From an uncultured Gemmatimonadota bacterium (GTDB lineage: Bacteria; JAAXHH01), in the NCBI GenBank assembly GCA_951812955.1, contig OX638340.1, positions 2,880,001 to 2,944,000 of the forward strand: a DNA stretch of 64,000 bases, written 5' to 3'. The number at the start of each line of letters is the position of its first letter. Position 1 is the stretch's first letter. The position numbers and the translations under genes were made by a program. Shown here piece by piece: positions 1 to 10,078 of the stretch. The notes beneath the pieces are model-generated. The model worked only from the letters and a program-made list of their open reading frames with translations. It ran no database searches and had not been told where the DNA came from.

Positions 1-2
1 AT

Positions 3-593
3 GTGCCCGTGATTGTCGACGCCGCCTCGGAATGCCCACCGGTATCCACGCTCACCCGGTTCACGGAGGCCGGCGCCGACCTGGTCATATTCAGCGGTGG
101 AAAGAGCCTCCAGGGTCCGCAGTCTACTGGCCTCATTATCGGGCGGAAGGAGCTGATCAGCGCCTGCGCGGTGAACGGGACGCCCTTCGCCACGGTAGGC
201 CGGCCGATGAAGGTCAGCCGGGAGGAGATCCTCGCGTTCATCAAGGCCCTCGAAATCTACCTGAACCGCGATCACGAAGCGGACGCGGCGCGCTGGGAAG
301 AAAAAGTGCGCTATATCGAGGGGAAACTGGCCGGCATTTCCTACGTGTCCATCAGCAGGATCGATCCCGAAGAGACCTACGCCGTTCCCCAGCTCAGGGT
401 CACCATCGACCCGGAAGCTGGTTTAACCGGGGACGACGCGGTGAAAAGCCTGCTCGACGGCAGTCCTCGGATCGTCGTGCAGGAAAGGGGCGAGGAAGGA
501 TTCTCGATCAATCCCCACAACTTGCAGGACGGCCAGGAGCGGATCGTGGCGGAACGGTGCCGGGAGGTGCTTGTGGGCGGTAGGTCGGGGTAG
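3..593 (+). CDS. SelA-family PLP-dependent enzyme, C-terminal part (5' end outside window)
   Basis: Open frame from the window edge. The motif SGGKSLQGPQSTGLIIGRKELI matches the SelA/DgaE-type PLP-lysine region FSGDKLLGGPQAGII. Confidence 0.5.
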   Translation: MPVIVDAASECPPVSTLTRFTEAGADLVIFSGGKSLQGPQSTGLIIGRKELISACAVNGTPFATVGRPMKVSREEILAFIKALEIYLNRDHEADAARWEEKVRYIEGKLAGISYVSISRIDPEETYAVPQLRVTIDPEAGLTGDDAVKSLLDGSPRIVVQERGEEGFSINPHNLQDGQERIVAERCREVLVGGRSG

Positions 594-856
594 CGCCTGT
601 TCTGAATAAGCGAGACGCTTCGAAACGATATTGCAAAGGTGGTAACCGTTCAAATAACCGTCGGGCTACTACTGTAGTTGTATCCCTTGACGTTTTGCGT
701 ATCTCGCAATAGGTTTGCACCTACACGCAACCACGACGGAACCAGGAAGCAACCGCGACGCAAACTAGTTAGAACCGCCGTCACGTGATGATCACGAATC
801 ACCCTACCCTGGTATGTTAAAATGGATGACACGGGGAAGGGCAACTTCGACTACAC

Positions 857-1798
857 ATGGCAACAGAACAGATCTGGATCGTACCAGATCCACATACGTT
901 GTGTGACGTCCGCCTGGACGATGAGACCGTGGCCGTGCTGCGCAGGCATGGAAATCCGGAAGGCCCGCGCCTCGTCCTGAGCCACGGCAACGGACTCGCC
1001 ATCGACCTTTATTATCCCTTCTGGTCCCTCCTCGTCGACGACTATGATCTGATCATTTACGACCAGCGAAATCATGGTTGGAATACCGTCGGCGATCAGC
1101 AGAAACACGATGTGCCGACACTGATCCACGACCAGCGCCTGATTCTCGAGGCCATCGACAGTGAATTCGGCCACAAGCCGAAAGTCGGCGTCTACCATTC
1201 CGTCTCGGCATTGATTACGTTGCTGTCCATATCGACCTTCAAGGATCTGATTTCATCGGGACCCGCGGTTGATTTCGCCGGGCTGGTCCTGTTCGATCCG
1301 CCCCTCTGCAAGCCGGGGATCAGCCAGGCCGAATTCGATGCAGCCGCGGAACAGGTCGCGGCGGCCACGAGACGCCGCGGTCATCTGTTTCAGACGGAAG
1401 AGGATTTCGTGGAGCTCCTCAGTTTCTCGCCCAGTTTTGTCCGTGTCGTACCGGGGGGCAGGGAGCTCATGGCGAAGACGACGCTGCGAAAGACCGATAA
1501 GGGGGACGGTTTTGAATTGCGATGTCCACGGGAATACGAGGCCCAGATCATCGATTATTCGCGTAGCTATTCGGTGCTCGTGGATTTCGATGAACTCGAA
1601 TGCCCGACAAAAGTCATCGGGGCGGACCCCACCCTTCCTTATTCCTACCTGCCGACCCTGGACCTGCGCGACATGGTGACGGTCGACTACGACTTCCTGC
1701 CCGAGACGACCCATTTCTTCCCCCTGGAACAGCCGGAGGAATGCGTATCGTTGCTCCGGGGTTTCCTCGAAAGCAACGGGCTGGCGCATACGGTGTGA
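857..1798 (+). CDS. alpha/beta-fold hydrolase
   Basis: 313-aa ORF. It has an HGNG oxyanion-hole-like motif and a VYHSVSAL nucleophile-elbow-like motif. The family call is by general resemblance only. Confidence 0.45.
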   Translation: MATEQIWIVPDPHTLCDVRLDDETVAVLRRHGNPEGPRLVLSHGNGLAIDLYYPFWSLLVDDYDLIIYDQRNHGWNTVGDQQKHDVPTLIHDQRLILEAIDSEFGHKPKVGVYHSVSALITLLSISTFKDLISSGPAVDFAGLVLFDPPLCKPGISQAEFDAAAEQVAAATRRRGHLFQTEEDFVELLSFSPSFVRVVPGGRELMAKTTLRKTDKGDGFELRCPREYEAQIIDYSRSYSVLVDFDELECPTKVIGADPTLPYSYLPTLDLRDMVTVDYDFLPETTHFFPLEQPEECVSLLRGFLESNGLAHTV

Positions 1799-2098
1799 AA
1801 AGGCCGGAGCGCGTCAATCGGCAGGACCTGCCGCTGAGCGCGTACAGGCAGGACGCCGCGTCAGTAGGCCGGGTCGATTCCAGTACCAGCATCCGGTATT
1901 CGTCGTTGCTGATGCCGGTGTATACGCCTGTACGGCTGCCCTTCAGACTATCCGGGTCGATCCCGGCATCCTCAAGGGCCTGCCAGCTCGTTTCCACGGT
2001 TTTTTCCCCCGGAACGATTAAGCGGGTTTATGACAGTTCGCGAATGCAAGTCTGACGACATGCTCGTGCCCTTCCATCAGCTGGATATTACGCTCGGT

Positions 2099-3460
2099 TC
2101 AGTCGCTTTTGCCGAATACGGATTCCGGCGCTTCCGCCAACTGCCTGATCCGCTGCAGGAACCGGGCGGCGGGCGCGCCGTCCACGATCCGGTGGTCGAA
2201 GGTCAGGCTGAGCGACATGATCCTGCGTATGCCGGTGGTACCGTCCGCCTCGTCGATTACGACCACCCTTGGCGCCGCCTGCCCCAATCCGAGGATGGCA
2301 CACTGGGGACTATGAATGATCGGGGTGAAGGTATCGATGTTGTACATGCCCAGGTTGGTCAGTGTGAAGGTCCCGCCCTCGATCTGGTCGAGCGTCAATT
2401 TGGTTTCCTGCGCGGTCTGGATCAGCCGCTTCGATGTGGCAGAGATATCCTTGAGCGACTTGCCTGGGACGTCCCGGATCACGGGTGCGATCACCCCGGC
2501 GGCGGTGTCTACCGCGATTCCGATGTGTATCCCGTCGTTCAACGCTACGCCGTCACGCCAGGATGCGTTCATGACGGGATGTTCGGCGAGGGCAATGGCG
2601 GCGATCTTCAACATCAGATCGTACCAGGACGGCCGATTTGCGCCTTCGAACATCGACGAAAGTACCGTGACGTCCGCCTCGGTGTGCAGGGTGACCGGCG
2701 CGGTTGTCCGGTGCGCTTCGGCCATCCGACGGGCGATGACCTTGCGCAGATCGACCTGGCCGCCCCGTGCCGCGGTGGCCTTCCCGTCCGGTCCATCCAT
2801 CGCGGATTCGTGCCGCCTCGAGGCTTCGAGTACGTCCCGTTCCACGATCCGGCCCGATCTTCCGCTCCCCTTCAGCGACCGCCAGTCGATACCCCCGGAC
2901 TGTGCCGCGCGCCGGGCCCTGGGACTGATGGCGGGTGTGTCCTGTTCCGGCAGGACCCCCGTGGCGGGTGCGTCCTGTTCACGCGGCGATCCTGTCGCGA
3001 TTCCGGCGGTTCCCACGGCCGGTTCGGTCGATTCAGTCGTTCGTGACCGTTCCCGTTCCCGTTCGTAATCGGTCGGTTTGCGACCGGGTTCAGTCCTGTC
3101 CTCCGCCCCGGCCACAACAGGTTCGGATGCGATCCCTTGTGCAGGACCGGCCTCCACGCGTTCGCCCGATCCATCGTCTACGGGAACCTGGTTCGGATCG
3201 AAGGTCTCGAGTTCGGCTTCGGCTACGACGTAACCCAGCAGGGTGCCTACCGGCACGGTCTGTCCGGGCTGCGGCGAGGCGTCGGGGATCTTCAGGATTC
3301 CGGATTCAAAGGACTCGACGTCCGTCGCGGCCTTGTCGCCCTCGATAGTGCACACCATCTCGCCCTGGCTTACCTTCTCGCCATCCTGTTTGAGCCATTC
3401 GACCAGTGTGCCTTCTTCCATGTTCCAGCCCAGCCGGGGCATGGCGATTTCGTAGGGCAT
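2099..3460 (-). CDS. 2-oxo-acid dehydrogenase complex E2 (dihydrolipoamide acyltransferase)
   Basis: N-terminal lipoyl domain (CTIEGDKAATDVES), a Pro/Ala/Glu-rich linker, and a C-terminal catalytic domain with the DHRIVDG active-site motif. Confidence 0.85.
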   Translation of the reverse strand: MPYEIAMPRLGWNMEEGTLVEWLKQDGEKVSQGEMVCTIEGDKAATDVESFESGILKIPDASPQPGQTVPVGTLLGYVVAEAELETFDPNQVPVDDGSGERVEAGPAQGIASEPVVAGAEDRTEPGRKPTDYERERERSRTTESTEPAVGTAGIATGSPREQDAPATGVLPEQDTPAISPRARRAAQSGGIDWRSLKGSGRSGRIVERDVLEASRRHESAMDGPDGKATAARGGQVDLRKVIARRMAEAHRTTAPVTLHTEADVTVLSSMFEGANRPSWYDLMLKIAAIALAEHPVMNASWRDGVALNDGIHIGIAVDTAAGVIAPVIRDVPGKSLKDISATSKRLIQTAQETKLTLDQIEGGTFTLTNLGMYNIDTFTPIIHSPQCAILGLGQAAPRVVVIDEADGTTGIRRIMSLSLTFDHRIVDGAPAARFLQRIRQLAEAPESVFGKSD

Positions 3461-3469
3461 GGCCCGTTC

Positions 3470-4447
3470 CTATTCCGCCAGCAGGCCGCGGACGGCTCTG
3501 GCGAGGGCGGCCCGGTCCGGCACGATGGCCTGCTCGAGCGCCGGACTGTACGGCGTGGGCACGTGGGCGCCGTTCAGCCGCATGATCGGCGCATCGAGCT
3601 CGTCGAATCCGTGCTCCGTAACATGGGCCGAAATCTCGGCGCCGATCCCGCAGGGCATGAAGGTCTCGTCCACGATGAGCAGCCTGCCGGTCTTCCGCAC
3701 GGACTCCAGGATGGTTTCCATGTCCAGCGGCGCCACGGTGCGTGGATCGATGACCTCCAGGGAAACCCCTTCGCCGGACAGCTCCTCGGCGACCTGCAGG
3801 GCATGGTGGACCATGACGGTCAGGGCCACGATTGTGGCATCGGTCCCCTCGCGTACCACCGCGGCCTGTCCAAAGGGCACCCGGTGCTCACCATCCGGTA
3901 CCGGCCCCTTCAGACTCAGCAACTGCCGGTGCTCCATGAAGAAAACGGGGTCGTCGCTTTGCAGCGCAGTGGCAAAAAGTCCCTTCGCGTCCGCGGGATT
4001 GGAGGGGAGCGCGACGCGGAATCCGGGGATATGGGCGAAAAGGGGATAGTAACTGCCGGAGTGATGGGTAGCGGCCGAATGGCCAATGCCGATGCATCCC
4101 CTAAGCACCATGGGCATCTTCAGCCGTCCGTTGCTCATGTACTGCATCTTCGAGGTCTGGTTGATTAACTCGCCCAGTCCGTCGAGGATGAAATCCGTGA
4201 ACATGAAATCAACGACGGGCCGGGTCCCGGTCATGGCCGCACCGGTGCACATGCCGATGAACCCACGCTCGCAGATGGGCGTGTCGCAGAGGCGCACGGG
4301 ACCGTGTTTCTCGTAAAGCCCCAGGGTGGTCTCGAAGTTACCGCCCCGTTCGCCCGCGCCTTCACCCACCACGAATATGGTGGGATCCGCGTCCATGGCG
4401 TCGGTCAGCGCTTCGCGCGCGGCTTCCGTGAAGGTTTTCTCGGTCAT
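3470..4447 (-). CDS. 2-oxo-acid dehydrogenase E1 beta subunit (transketolase-like)
   Basis: MTEKTF start overlaps the E1alpha stop as ATGA. Conserved E1beta blocks are present (FVVGEGAG, GFIGMCTGAAMTGTRPVV). Confidence 0.88.
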   Translation of the reverse strand: MTEKTFTEAAREALTDAMDADPTIFVVGEGAGERGGNFETTLGLYEKHGPVRLCDTPICERGFIGMCTGAAMTGTRPVVDFMFTDFILDGLGELINQTSKMQYMSNGRLKMPMVLRGCIGIGHSAATHHSGSYYPLFAHIPGFRVALPSNPADAKGLFATALQSDDPVFFMEHRQLLSLKGPVPDGEHRVPFGQAAVVREGTDATIVALTVMVHHALQVAEELSGEGVSLEVIDPRTVAPLDMETILESVRKTGRLLIVDETFMPCGIGAEISAHVTEHGFDELDAPIMRLNGAHVPTPYSPALEQAIVPDRAALARAVRGLLAE

Positions 4448-5430
4448 GGCGCTTCCCGGTACGCGTGTCGGGCGGCCGTCCCGCGATCGGGCCACGGTGC
4501 GGCGGCGGCTTCCTGCTCCGCTTCGTCCACCTCGGATTTTATGTCGGATTCCATGCGATCCAGGTCGGATTCCGTCATCGTTTCATCGGACAGGATGCGG
4601 CTTCGAAACATCTTGATGGGGTCCTTCTCCCGCCATGCCGCGACTTCCTCCTCGGTGCGATACACACCGGTGAGACCCATGCCCTCGGCGTGGGGCCGCG
4701 TGCGGTAGGTCCTGGCCTCGATGAGGGTCGGACCTCCGCCGTCCCTGGCGCGTCGAATGGCCCGGGAGGCCGCCTCGTGCACGGCCAGCACGTCGTTGCC
4801 GTCCACTGTCACACCCGGGATACCGTAGTTTTCCGCGCGCGGTGCGACCTCAGGATTCCTGGACGCGTGGGAAAAGGGAACCTCGGTCGCGTAAAGGTTG
4901 TTCTCGCAGACGAACAGCGCGGGCAGATCGTAGATGGCGGCCAGGTTGAGGCCTTCGTGAAAGGCGCCGTTCCCCACGGCCCCGTCGCCGAAGAAGGCGA
5001 CCCCGACACTGCCGTTCCCCAGTAACTTGGCGCTGTACCCGGCGCCGGCGGCCTGCAGGATGCAGGGACCTACGATGCCGCTGGTCCCCATGAGGCCGAT
5101 CTCCGGGGCGAAAAGATGCATGCTCCCGCCACGGCCATGGGATACGCCAGTTTCCCGGCCATACAACTCCGCGATGAGCGCGACGGGGGAGACCCCTTTG
5201 GCCAGCGCGTGGCCGTGGCCCCGGTGGGTGCTGAAGACCGCGTCATCCTCGGATAGCGAGGCGCAAACCCCGGCGGCGACGGCTTCCTCGCCGACATAGG
5301 TATGGCACGCGCCATGAATGAGTCCCGCCATGAAAGACCGCGCCAGCCGTTCTTCCACGGTCCGTATCGTGAACATGGTCCGGTACAGCCATCGGTGAAG
5401 CTCGAATCGCTCCCCTGCATCGCTTTGCAT
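4444..5430 (-). CDS. 2-oxo-acid dehydrogenase E1 alpha subunit (TPP-binding)
   Basis: TPP motif GDGAVGNGAFHEGLNLAA...ENN and typical E1alpha blocks (HRGHGH). It is followed immediately by E1beta and E2 on the same strand. Confidence 0.88.
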   Translation of the reverse strand: MQSDAGERFELHRWLYRTMFTIRTVEERLARSFMAGLIHGACHTYVGEEAVAAGVCASLSEDDAVFSTHRGHGHALAKGVSPVALIAELYGRETGVSHGRGGSMHLFAPEIGLMGTSGIVGPCILQAAGAGYSAKLLGNGSVGVAFFGDGAVGNGAFHEGLNLAAIYDLPALFVCENNLYATEVPFSHASRNPEVAPRAENYGIPGVTVDGNDVLAVHEAASRAIRRARDGGGPTLIEARTYRTRPHAEGMGLTGVYRTEEEVAAWREKDPIKMFRSRILSDETMTESDLDRMESDIKSEVDEAEQEAAAAPWPDRGTAARHAYREAP

Positions 5431-5584
5431 AACCTGCTCCGGCTAAAAAACTTGCCTGTTGTACAGGCGCCTTTAAATTGGGTCGAGAGTATTCCAAAAT
5501 ACAGACAGATCTTCATAGCTGGCAAGGGTGATTTTCCCAAACCAGGAAGGCGTGTCCCGGCTCGGTGCTGAAGGGAGATTTATC

Positions 5585-6370
5585 ATGTCTGCGGCACAAT
5601 CGGAAGCCCATCGTGGACTGACCATCGAAGCGGTCGGAGCGTTCCAGGACCAGGGGTTCCTGGTAGCCGGAAAATTGCTAGAGGACGATCACGTGGAAGT
5701 ACTGCGTGCGGAGTACGACCGCTTATTCGAAACGGCGCGTGAGAGCGGCCGTTACCGCAACCTTTCCATCGACGATACGGAAGACAAGAACCGGAAGAAC
5801 AGAGCCCGGACGCAGATGCTTCAGATCATGCAGATGTGCGAACGCAGCATCGAGTTCAGAAGACTGTTGTATCATGAACCCATCCTGGACATCGTCGAAT
5901 CACTGCTGGGACCCAATATCCAACTTTTCCACGACCAGGCGCTATACAAGCCGCCTCGTCAGGGCGGTCCCGTCTTCTGGCACCAGGACAACGGTTACTG
6001 GCAGTGCTCGCCAGCCAATCTGGTCAGCTGCTGGCTCACGCTGGATGACGTGGACGTGTCGAACGGGGCCATGCACCTGATTCCCGGGTCGCACCGGCAC
6101 CTGGTCTCCCATGAACGATCGGCCGAAACCAGCGCCCTGCTCGACCTCGGCGACCAGGCGGCTACGCAAAAGGCGACCGTGGTCGACCTGCCCGCGGGCG
6201 GCGCCATGTTCCACCACTGCCAGACCATGCACCACACCCCGGAAAACGTCACCGACCGGCCGCGCAGGGCTTTCGCCATCCATTACATGACGCCCGGCAC
6301 CAAATCGATCAGGACCGGGGACTACCTGGACGTATCGTTCTCCCGTCCTATGTTGCGGATGAGGGTGTGA
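5585..6370 (+). CDS. phytanoyl-CoA dioxygenase (PhyH) family Fe(II)/2OG oxygenase
   Basis: HQDNGYW motif and a downstream His with other PhyH-like blocks. RBS AGGGAG lies 7 nt before the ATG at 5585; the ORF track's upstream start at 5528 is probably not used. Confidence 0.7.
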   Translation: MSAAQSEAHRGLTIEAVGAFQDQGFLVAGKLLEDDHVEVLRAEYDRLFETARESGRYRNLSIDDTEDKNRKNRARTQMLQIMQMCERSIEFRRLLYHEPILDIVESLLGPNIQLFHDQALYKPPRQGGPVFWHQDNGYWQCSPANLVSCWLTLDDVDVSNGAMHLIPGSHRHLVSHERSAETSALLDLGDQAATQKATVVDLPAGGAMFHHCQTMHHTPENVTDRPRRAFAIHYMTPGTKSIRTGDYLDVSFSRPMLRMRV

Positions 6371-6395
6371 GGAAACGCGTTACAGGGAGATTTTC

Positions 6396-7238
6396 ATGAC
6401 GGAGAAACACCGGTGGGAACCCCTCGCCCCGGACCTGGAATCCATCCTGGCCGCCGAAAGCGATCCGCTCCTGGCCCTTTCGGAGGGCCGTATCCCCGCG
6501 ATCATATGCCGGCAGGCCTATGCGCCCGCTCACTGCCAGGCGTTGATCAAGCGGTTCATCGATCGCGGGCTGATGCGGGACCCCGACGATCCGGAGGCCG
6601 CGGCAACAGATAACCGCACGAGGATAGACATCGGGACCAGCCTGGCGAACCGGGGTTCGGACAAAGAGGCTTTTCTTAATCACGCAGTCGGCACGCGCCT
6701 TCTGTACGAGACCCTGTTCGATGGCTATGACGATCCGGTGAAGCTGCTGTACGGGGTGCTGGACACGCTCGCGGGCGAAAAGCGCGCTATGACCGCGCGG
6801 GAGCCGGACGGCCGCAAGTATGGTCCGGCCATCTTCCGAATCCACTACGGCGGACATACCTACAAACCCCACATCGACCACGTCACGCTCCGCGAGAAGC
6901 GGTTCGACTACGACGTGACCCGGTTCGGCCACCAGTTCGCCGGGGTCCTCTGCTTCCAGAATGCACTGCACGAGGGACGCAGCACCCAGGCCATCCTGCA
7001 CCGGTGCATGTGGACGCCCGAGGTGGAGGAATCCATCGAGACCGATACCTTCCCCGACTACGCCCGGCGCAACGGCGTCAGCAGCTACACGGTCGACCTC
7101 GAGCAGGGTGACCTCTACTTCTTCAACACCCGCCTCATCCACGAGGTGCCGGCCGTGGAGGGCGATCAGCCGCGCATCGTCCTCGCCACTTTCATCGGCT
7201 ATTCCCCCGACGACCCTGAAGTCTACGTCTGGTCGTGA
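6396..7238 (+). CDS. putative Fe(II)/2-oxoglutarate-dependent oxygenase
   Basis: HxD...H...R arrangement (PHIDHV ... LIHEV ... PRIVLAT) in a ~280-aa protein. RBS AGGGAGA precedes the ATG. Family assignment is tentative. Confidence 0.4.
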   Translation: MTEKHRWEPLAPDLESILAAESDPLLALSEGRIPAIICRQAYAPAHCQALIKRFIDRGLMRDPDDPEAAATDNRTRIDIGTSLANRGSDKEAFLNHAVGTRLLYETLFDGYDDPVKLLYGVLDTLAGEKRAMTAREPDGRKYGPAIFRIHYGGHTYKPHIDHVTLREKRFDYDVTRFGHQFAGVLCFQNALHEGRSTQAILHRCMWTPEVEESIETDTFPDYARRNGVSSYTVDLEQGDLYFFNTRLIHEVPAVEGDQPRIVLATFIGYSPDDPEVYVWS

Positions 7239-7240
7239 AC

Positions 7241-7804
7241 CTACAGCCTGCTATCCCACAGCGGCTCGTCCACCCCCCGTTCCTTGTTTTCGTATCGTGA
7301 CATGACGAAGAGCAGGTCGGACAGCCGGTTCAGGTAGGCCAGTACGAATCCGCCGATCGCCTCTTCGCGGGACAGGGCCGAAACCTCCCGTTCCGCCCGC
7401 CGGCAGACGGTACGCGCCAGGTGGAGGAACGCAGCCCCCGGAGATCCGCCGGGCAGGATGAAGTTCTCCAGCGGTCCGACGACGGGATTCAGTTCATCGA
7501 TAATCACTTCGAGATGCTTGACGTGGCGAGCTTCGATCAGCGGTATCTGGTACTTCGCTTTGTCCTCCTCGGTGAAGCACAGGTCTGATCCGAGGTGAAA
7601 GAGCTCGTTCTGGATGACGGGCAGCACTTCTGCGAGTCGCGTAGCCAATCCGTGGGCGAGGGCGATGCCGATGACGGAATTTAGTTCGTCCACGGTGCCG
7701 TAGCTCGCCACCCGGGGCGAATCCTTGGGTACGCGCTGCCGGCTGCCGAGCGCGGTCGTACCGTCGTCGCCTTTGCGGGTGTATATCTTCGTCAACCTGG
7801 GCAT
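7241..7804 (-). CDS. PduO-type ATP:cob(I)alamin adenosyltransferase
   Basis: N-terminus [17 protein letters not shown] is the PduO/MMAB-type signature. GGAGG RBS precedes the ATG at 7804. It is the last gene of the riboswitch-controlled operon. Confidence 0.85.
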   Translation of the reverse strand: MPRLTKIYTRKGDDGTTALGSRQRVPKDSPRVASYGTVDELNSVIGIALAHGLATRLAEVLPVIQNELFHLGSDLCFTEEDKAKYQIPLIEARHVKHLEVIIDELNPVVGPLENFILPGGSPGAAFLHLARTVCRRAEREVSALSREEAIGGFVLAYLNRLSDLLFVMSRYENKERGVDEPLWDSRL

Positions 7805-7856
7805 GAGACCTCCTTGATTCAGATGCGGCGTTTTCGATTGACGCGCCGCCGCCGGT

Positions 7857-8873
7857 TCAGACCCGGCGTTGCCGGTGCAGCAGGTACAGGAAAAATGGCG
7901 CACCGAGTAACGTAGTCAGTATCCCAATGGGCAATTCGGCCGGCGCCATGGCCGTCCGGGCGACCAGGTCGGCCAGGACCAGCAACAGCGCGCCTGCCAG
8001 CGCGGCCATGGGCGTCAGGATGCGGTAGTCGGGTCCCACGATCAGCCGGACCATGTGCGGCGCCAGGAGCCCGACGAAACCGATGATGCCACTCACCGAA
8101 ACCGCGGCCGCGGCGAGGCCGGCCGCCGCCGCCAGCAGAACCAGTTTGACCCGTTCGACGTGCACGCCCAGCTGGGACGCCTGTTCGTCCCCCAGGAGCA
8201 GTACGTTCAGTTCCCGCGCGTACACGAGGACGATGGTCAGCCCCACCGCCGCGTAGGGCAATAGCATCCATACGTGATCCCATCTCCGGGCGGACAGGCT
8301 GCCCATGAGCCAGAAGAGCATCTGGCGCTGGTTCTCGCCGCCCATCACGAGCATGTAGGACGTGAAGGAGGTCGCCATGGCGCCGATGGCGATGCCCGTG
8401 AGGAGCAGGGTGGTCGACGCGACGCGGCCACCACGACGCGAGAAAGCGTATACCGCCATGGTTACGGCGAGGGCGCACATGAAAGCCAGAACGGATACCG
8501 CGTTCAGCCCGAACATCCAGAATTCCAGTTCCAGGGCGACCGCGGTCGTGGCGCCGAGTGCGGCGCCGGCCGATATGCCCATGATGTAGGGATCGGCCAT
8601 GGGATTCTGGAAGAAGCCCTGCATCACCCCGCCCGAACTGGCCAGGGCGGCCCCGACCAGCACGGCGAGGAGCGTTCTCGGCAGCCGGATCTCCCATACG
8701 ATCGTATTGGTCGCGGAATGTGCCGTCTCGATCACCCCGCCCGGCCAAAGGTTATCCGCCAGTACCTGCAGCACGGTTCCGGCCGGGATATACACCGCGC
8801 CTACGCCCATGGAAAGCACACAGGCGGCGAAGAGGATCGCGGCGGTCAATGCCAGGACAATGGATCTGTTCAT
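7857..8873 (-). CDS. FecCD-family ABC permease (BtuC-like corrinoid/iron-siderophore importer)
   Basis: 338-aa polytopic membrane protein with FecCD/BtuC-type conserved blocks ([13 protein letters not shown] ... [18 protein letters not shown]). Confidence 0.85.
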   Translation of the reverse strand: MNRSIVLALTAAILFAACVLSMGVGAVYIPAGTVLQVLADNLWPGGVIETAHSATNTIVWEIRLPRTLLAVLVGAALASSGGVMQGFFQNPMADPYIMGISAGAALGATTAVALELEFWMFGLNAVSVLAFMCALAVTMAVYAFSRRGGRVASTTLLLTGIAIGAMATSFTSYMLVMGGENQRQMLFWLMGSLSARRWDHVWMLLPYAAVGLTIVLVYARELNVLLLGDEQASQLGVHVERVKLVLLAAAAGLAAAAVSVSGIIGFVGLLAPHMVRLIVGPDYRILTPMAALAGALLLVLADLVARTAMAPAELPIGILTTLLGAPFFLYLLHRQRRV

Positions 8874-8888
8874 CGCCTCTCCAGTCCG

Positions 8889-9674
8889 TCAGTCGCCCGG
8901 CTTCAGGATGATCTGGGGCGAACCCGAATAGGGGCTTTTTATGACGGTCACGTCGGTCTCGAAGACCGCTTTGATGTGCCCGTGGGTGAGGATGTCCTCC
9001 GGCGGCCCGTCGGCGTAGGTGCGTCCGTCTTTCAGCATGAGGAGCCGGTGGCAGTATTCCGAAGACAGGTTCAGGTCGTGGGACACGCACAGGACCGCGA
9101 GTCCGTCGCTTGCGCATACGTGGCGCAGCAGATCGAAAACCTCTACCTGGTGGTTCAGATCCAGGAAGGAGGTCGGTTCGTCCAGCAACAGGATCGAGGG
9201 CTGTTGCGCCAGCGCCCGGGCGATGATAACCCGCTGCCTTTCTCCACCGGACAGTTCGTGGATAGGCCGGTCCCGGAACAGGAAGCAGTCGGTCCGGCGC
9301 ATGGCTTCGAGGGCGATTTCCCGGTCTTCCGGACCTTCTTTTCGGAAGCGCTTCAGGTGCGGCGTCCTCCCCATCATGACGAGTTCGAGCGACGAGAAGG
9401 CAAAAGTCGCGGGCGTCAGCTGGGGGATGACGGCGATCTGCCGGGCGATTTCGCGGACGGTGTAAAGTTGAAGCGGCCTGCCATACAGCTCGATTTGTCC
9501 ATGGCTCAGTGGTAGAATGCGCGTGAGCGCCCGGATCAGCGTGCTCTTGCCGGAGCCGTTCGGTCCGATCACGCCCAGCATCTCGCCCTGGTGCAGGTCG
9601 AAGGTCAGGCCTTCCAGTACCGGGCGCCGATCGTACCCGCAGGACAGGTTCTCGACTTTAATGGCCGTATCCAA
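8889..9674 (-). CDS. ABC transporter ATP-binding protein (BtuD/FecE-like)
   Basis: Walker A GPNGSGKST, signature LSGGERQRV, Walker B ILLLDEPTS. TTG start lies 26 nt downstream of the riboswitch terminator with a GGGGTG RBS. Confidence 0.85.
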   Translation of the reverse strand: MDTAIKVENLSCGYDRRPVLEGLTFDLHQGEMLGVIGPNGSGKSTLIRALTRILPLSHGQIELYGRPLQLYTVREIARQIAVIPQLTPATFAFSSLELVMMGRTPHLKRFRKEGPEDREIALEAMRRTDCFLFRDRPIHELSGGERQRVIIARALAQQPSILLLDEPTSFLDLNHQVEVFDLLRHVCASDGLAVLCVSHDLNLSSEYCHRLLMLKDGRTYADGPPEDILTHGHIKAVFETDVTVIKSPYSGSPQIILKPGD

Positions 9675-9699
9675 GCTGTATCACCCCGAGATTTGGCAC

Positions 9700-9733
9700 A
9701 AAAAAACCAGCCGCTCCATGTTGGAAGGGCTGG
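9700..9733 (-). terminator. intrinsic terminator of the cobalamin riboswitch expression platform
   Basis: On the minus strand: CCAGCCCUUCCAACAUGGAGCGGCUGG hairpin followed by U7. It sits between the aptamer and the ATPase start. Confidence 0.75.
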
Positions 9734-9794
9734 GTCGGGACGGCAGGCATGCGCATCCGGGCTCGGCCTCTCTGCTCACGGAGAAGCGTTCGCA

Positions 9795-9979
9795 CAGCCT
9801 GCAGGCAGGTCTCCTGACTGACGGATCGTCCTACTCCTCAAGTCTTCCCGCCGGCCATTTGGCTTAGCCTAACCGGCAGTGACGAGTTTGAGTTTCGTCC
9901 CCGAACACAGTGGCGGGACCGTGATGGATTCGCACCATCTTCCCTTTTCAGCGTTCTAGCTAACCGCCACCTGCGGCTG
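9795..9979 (-). ncRNA. cobalamin (AdoCbl) riboswitch aptamer
   Basis: Minus strand reads ...AAAAGGGAAGAUGGUGCGAAUCCAUCACGGUCCCGCCACUGUG... and later the B12 box AGUCAGGAGACCUGCC. The P1 stem is CAGCCGCAGG / CCUGCAGGCUG. Confidence 0.85.
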
Positions 9980-10078
9980 TATTCGATTGTCCTTTCAATT
10001 TACAGGATAGCGGAAATACCGCAATGCAAATTCTCCTTCGGACCTCGAGTCGTACGATGTATGAGGATAGAACGATAG

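Noticed and set aside
593-857. Possible tRNA/sRNA in the first intergenic region
   Set aside because: No cloverleaf-compatible segments or conserved tRNA boxes could be identified by eye. This cannot be excluded without a covariance scan.
5528-5584. Upstream extension of the PhyH gene
   Set aside because: A strong RBS (AGGGAG) is positioned for the ATG at 5585, and the extension has no conserved sequence.
8274-9515. 413-aa plus-strand ORF
   Set aside because: It lies entirely antisense to the ABC permease and ATPase genes. Its Arg/Gly/His-rich low-complexity translation is typical of a high-GC antisense frame.
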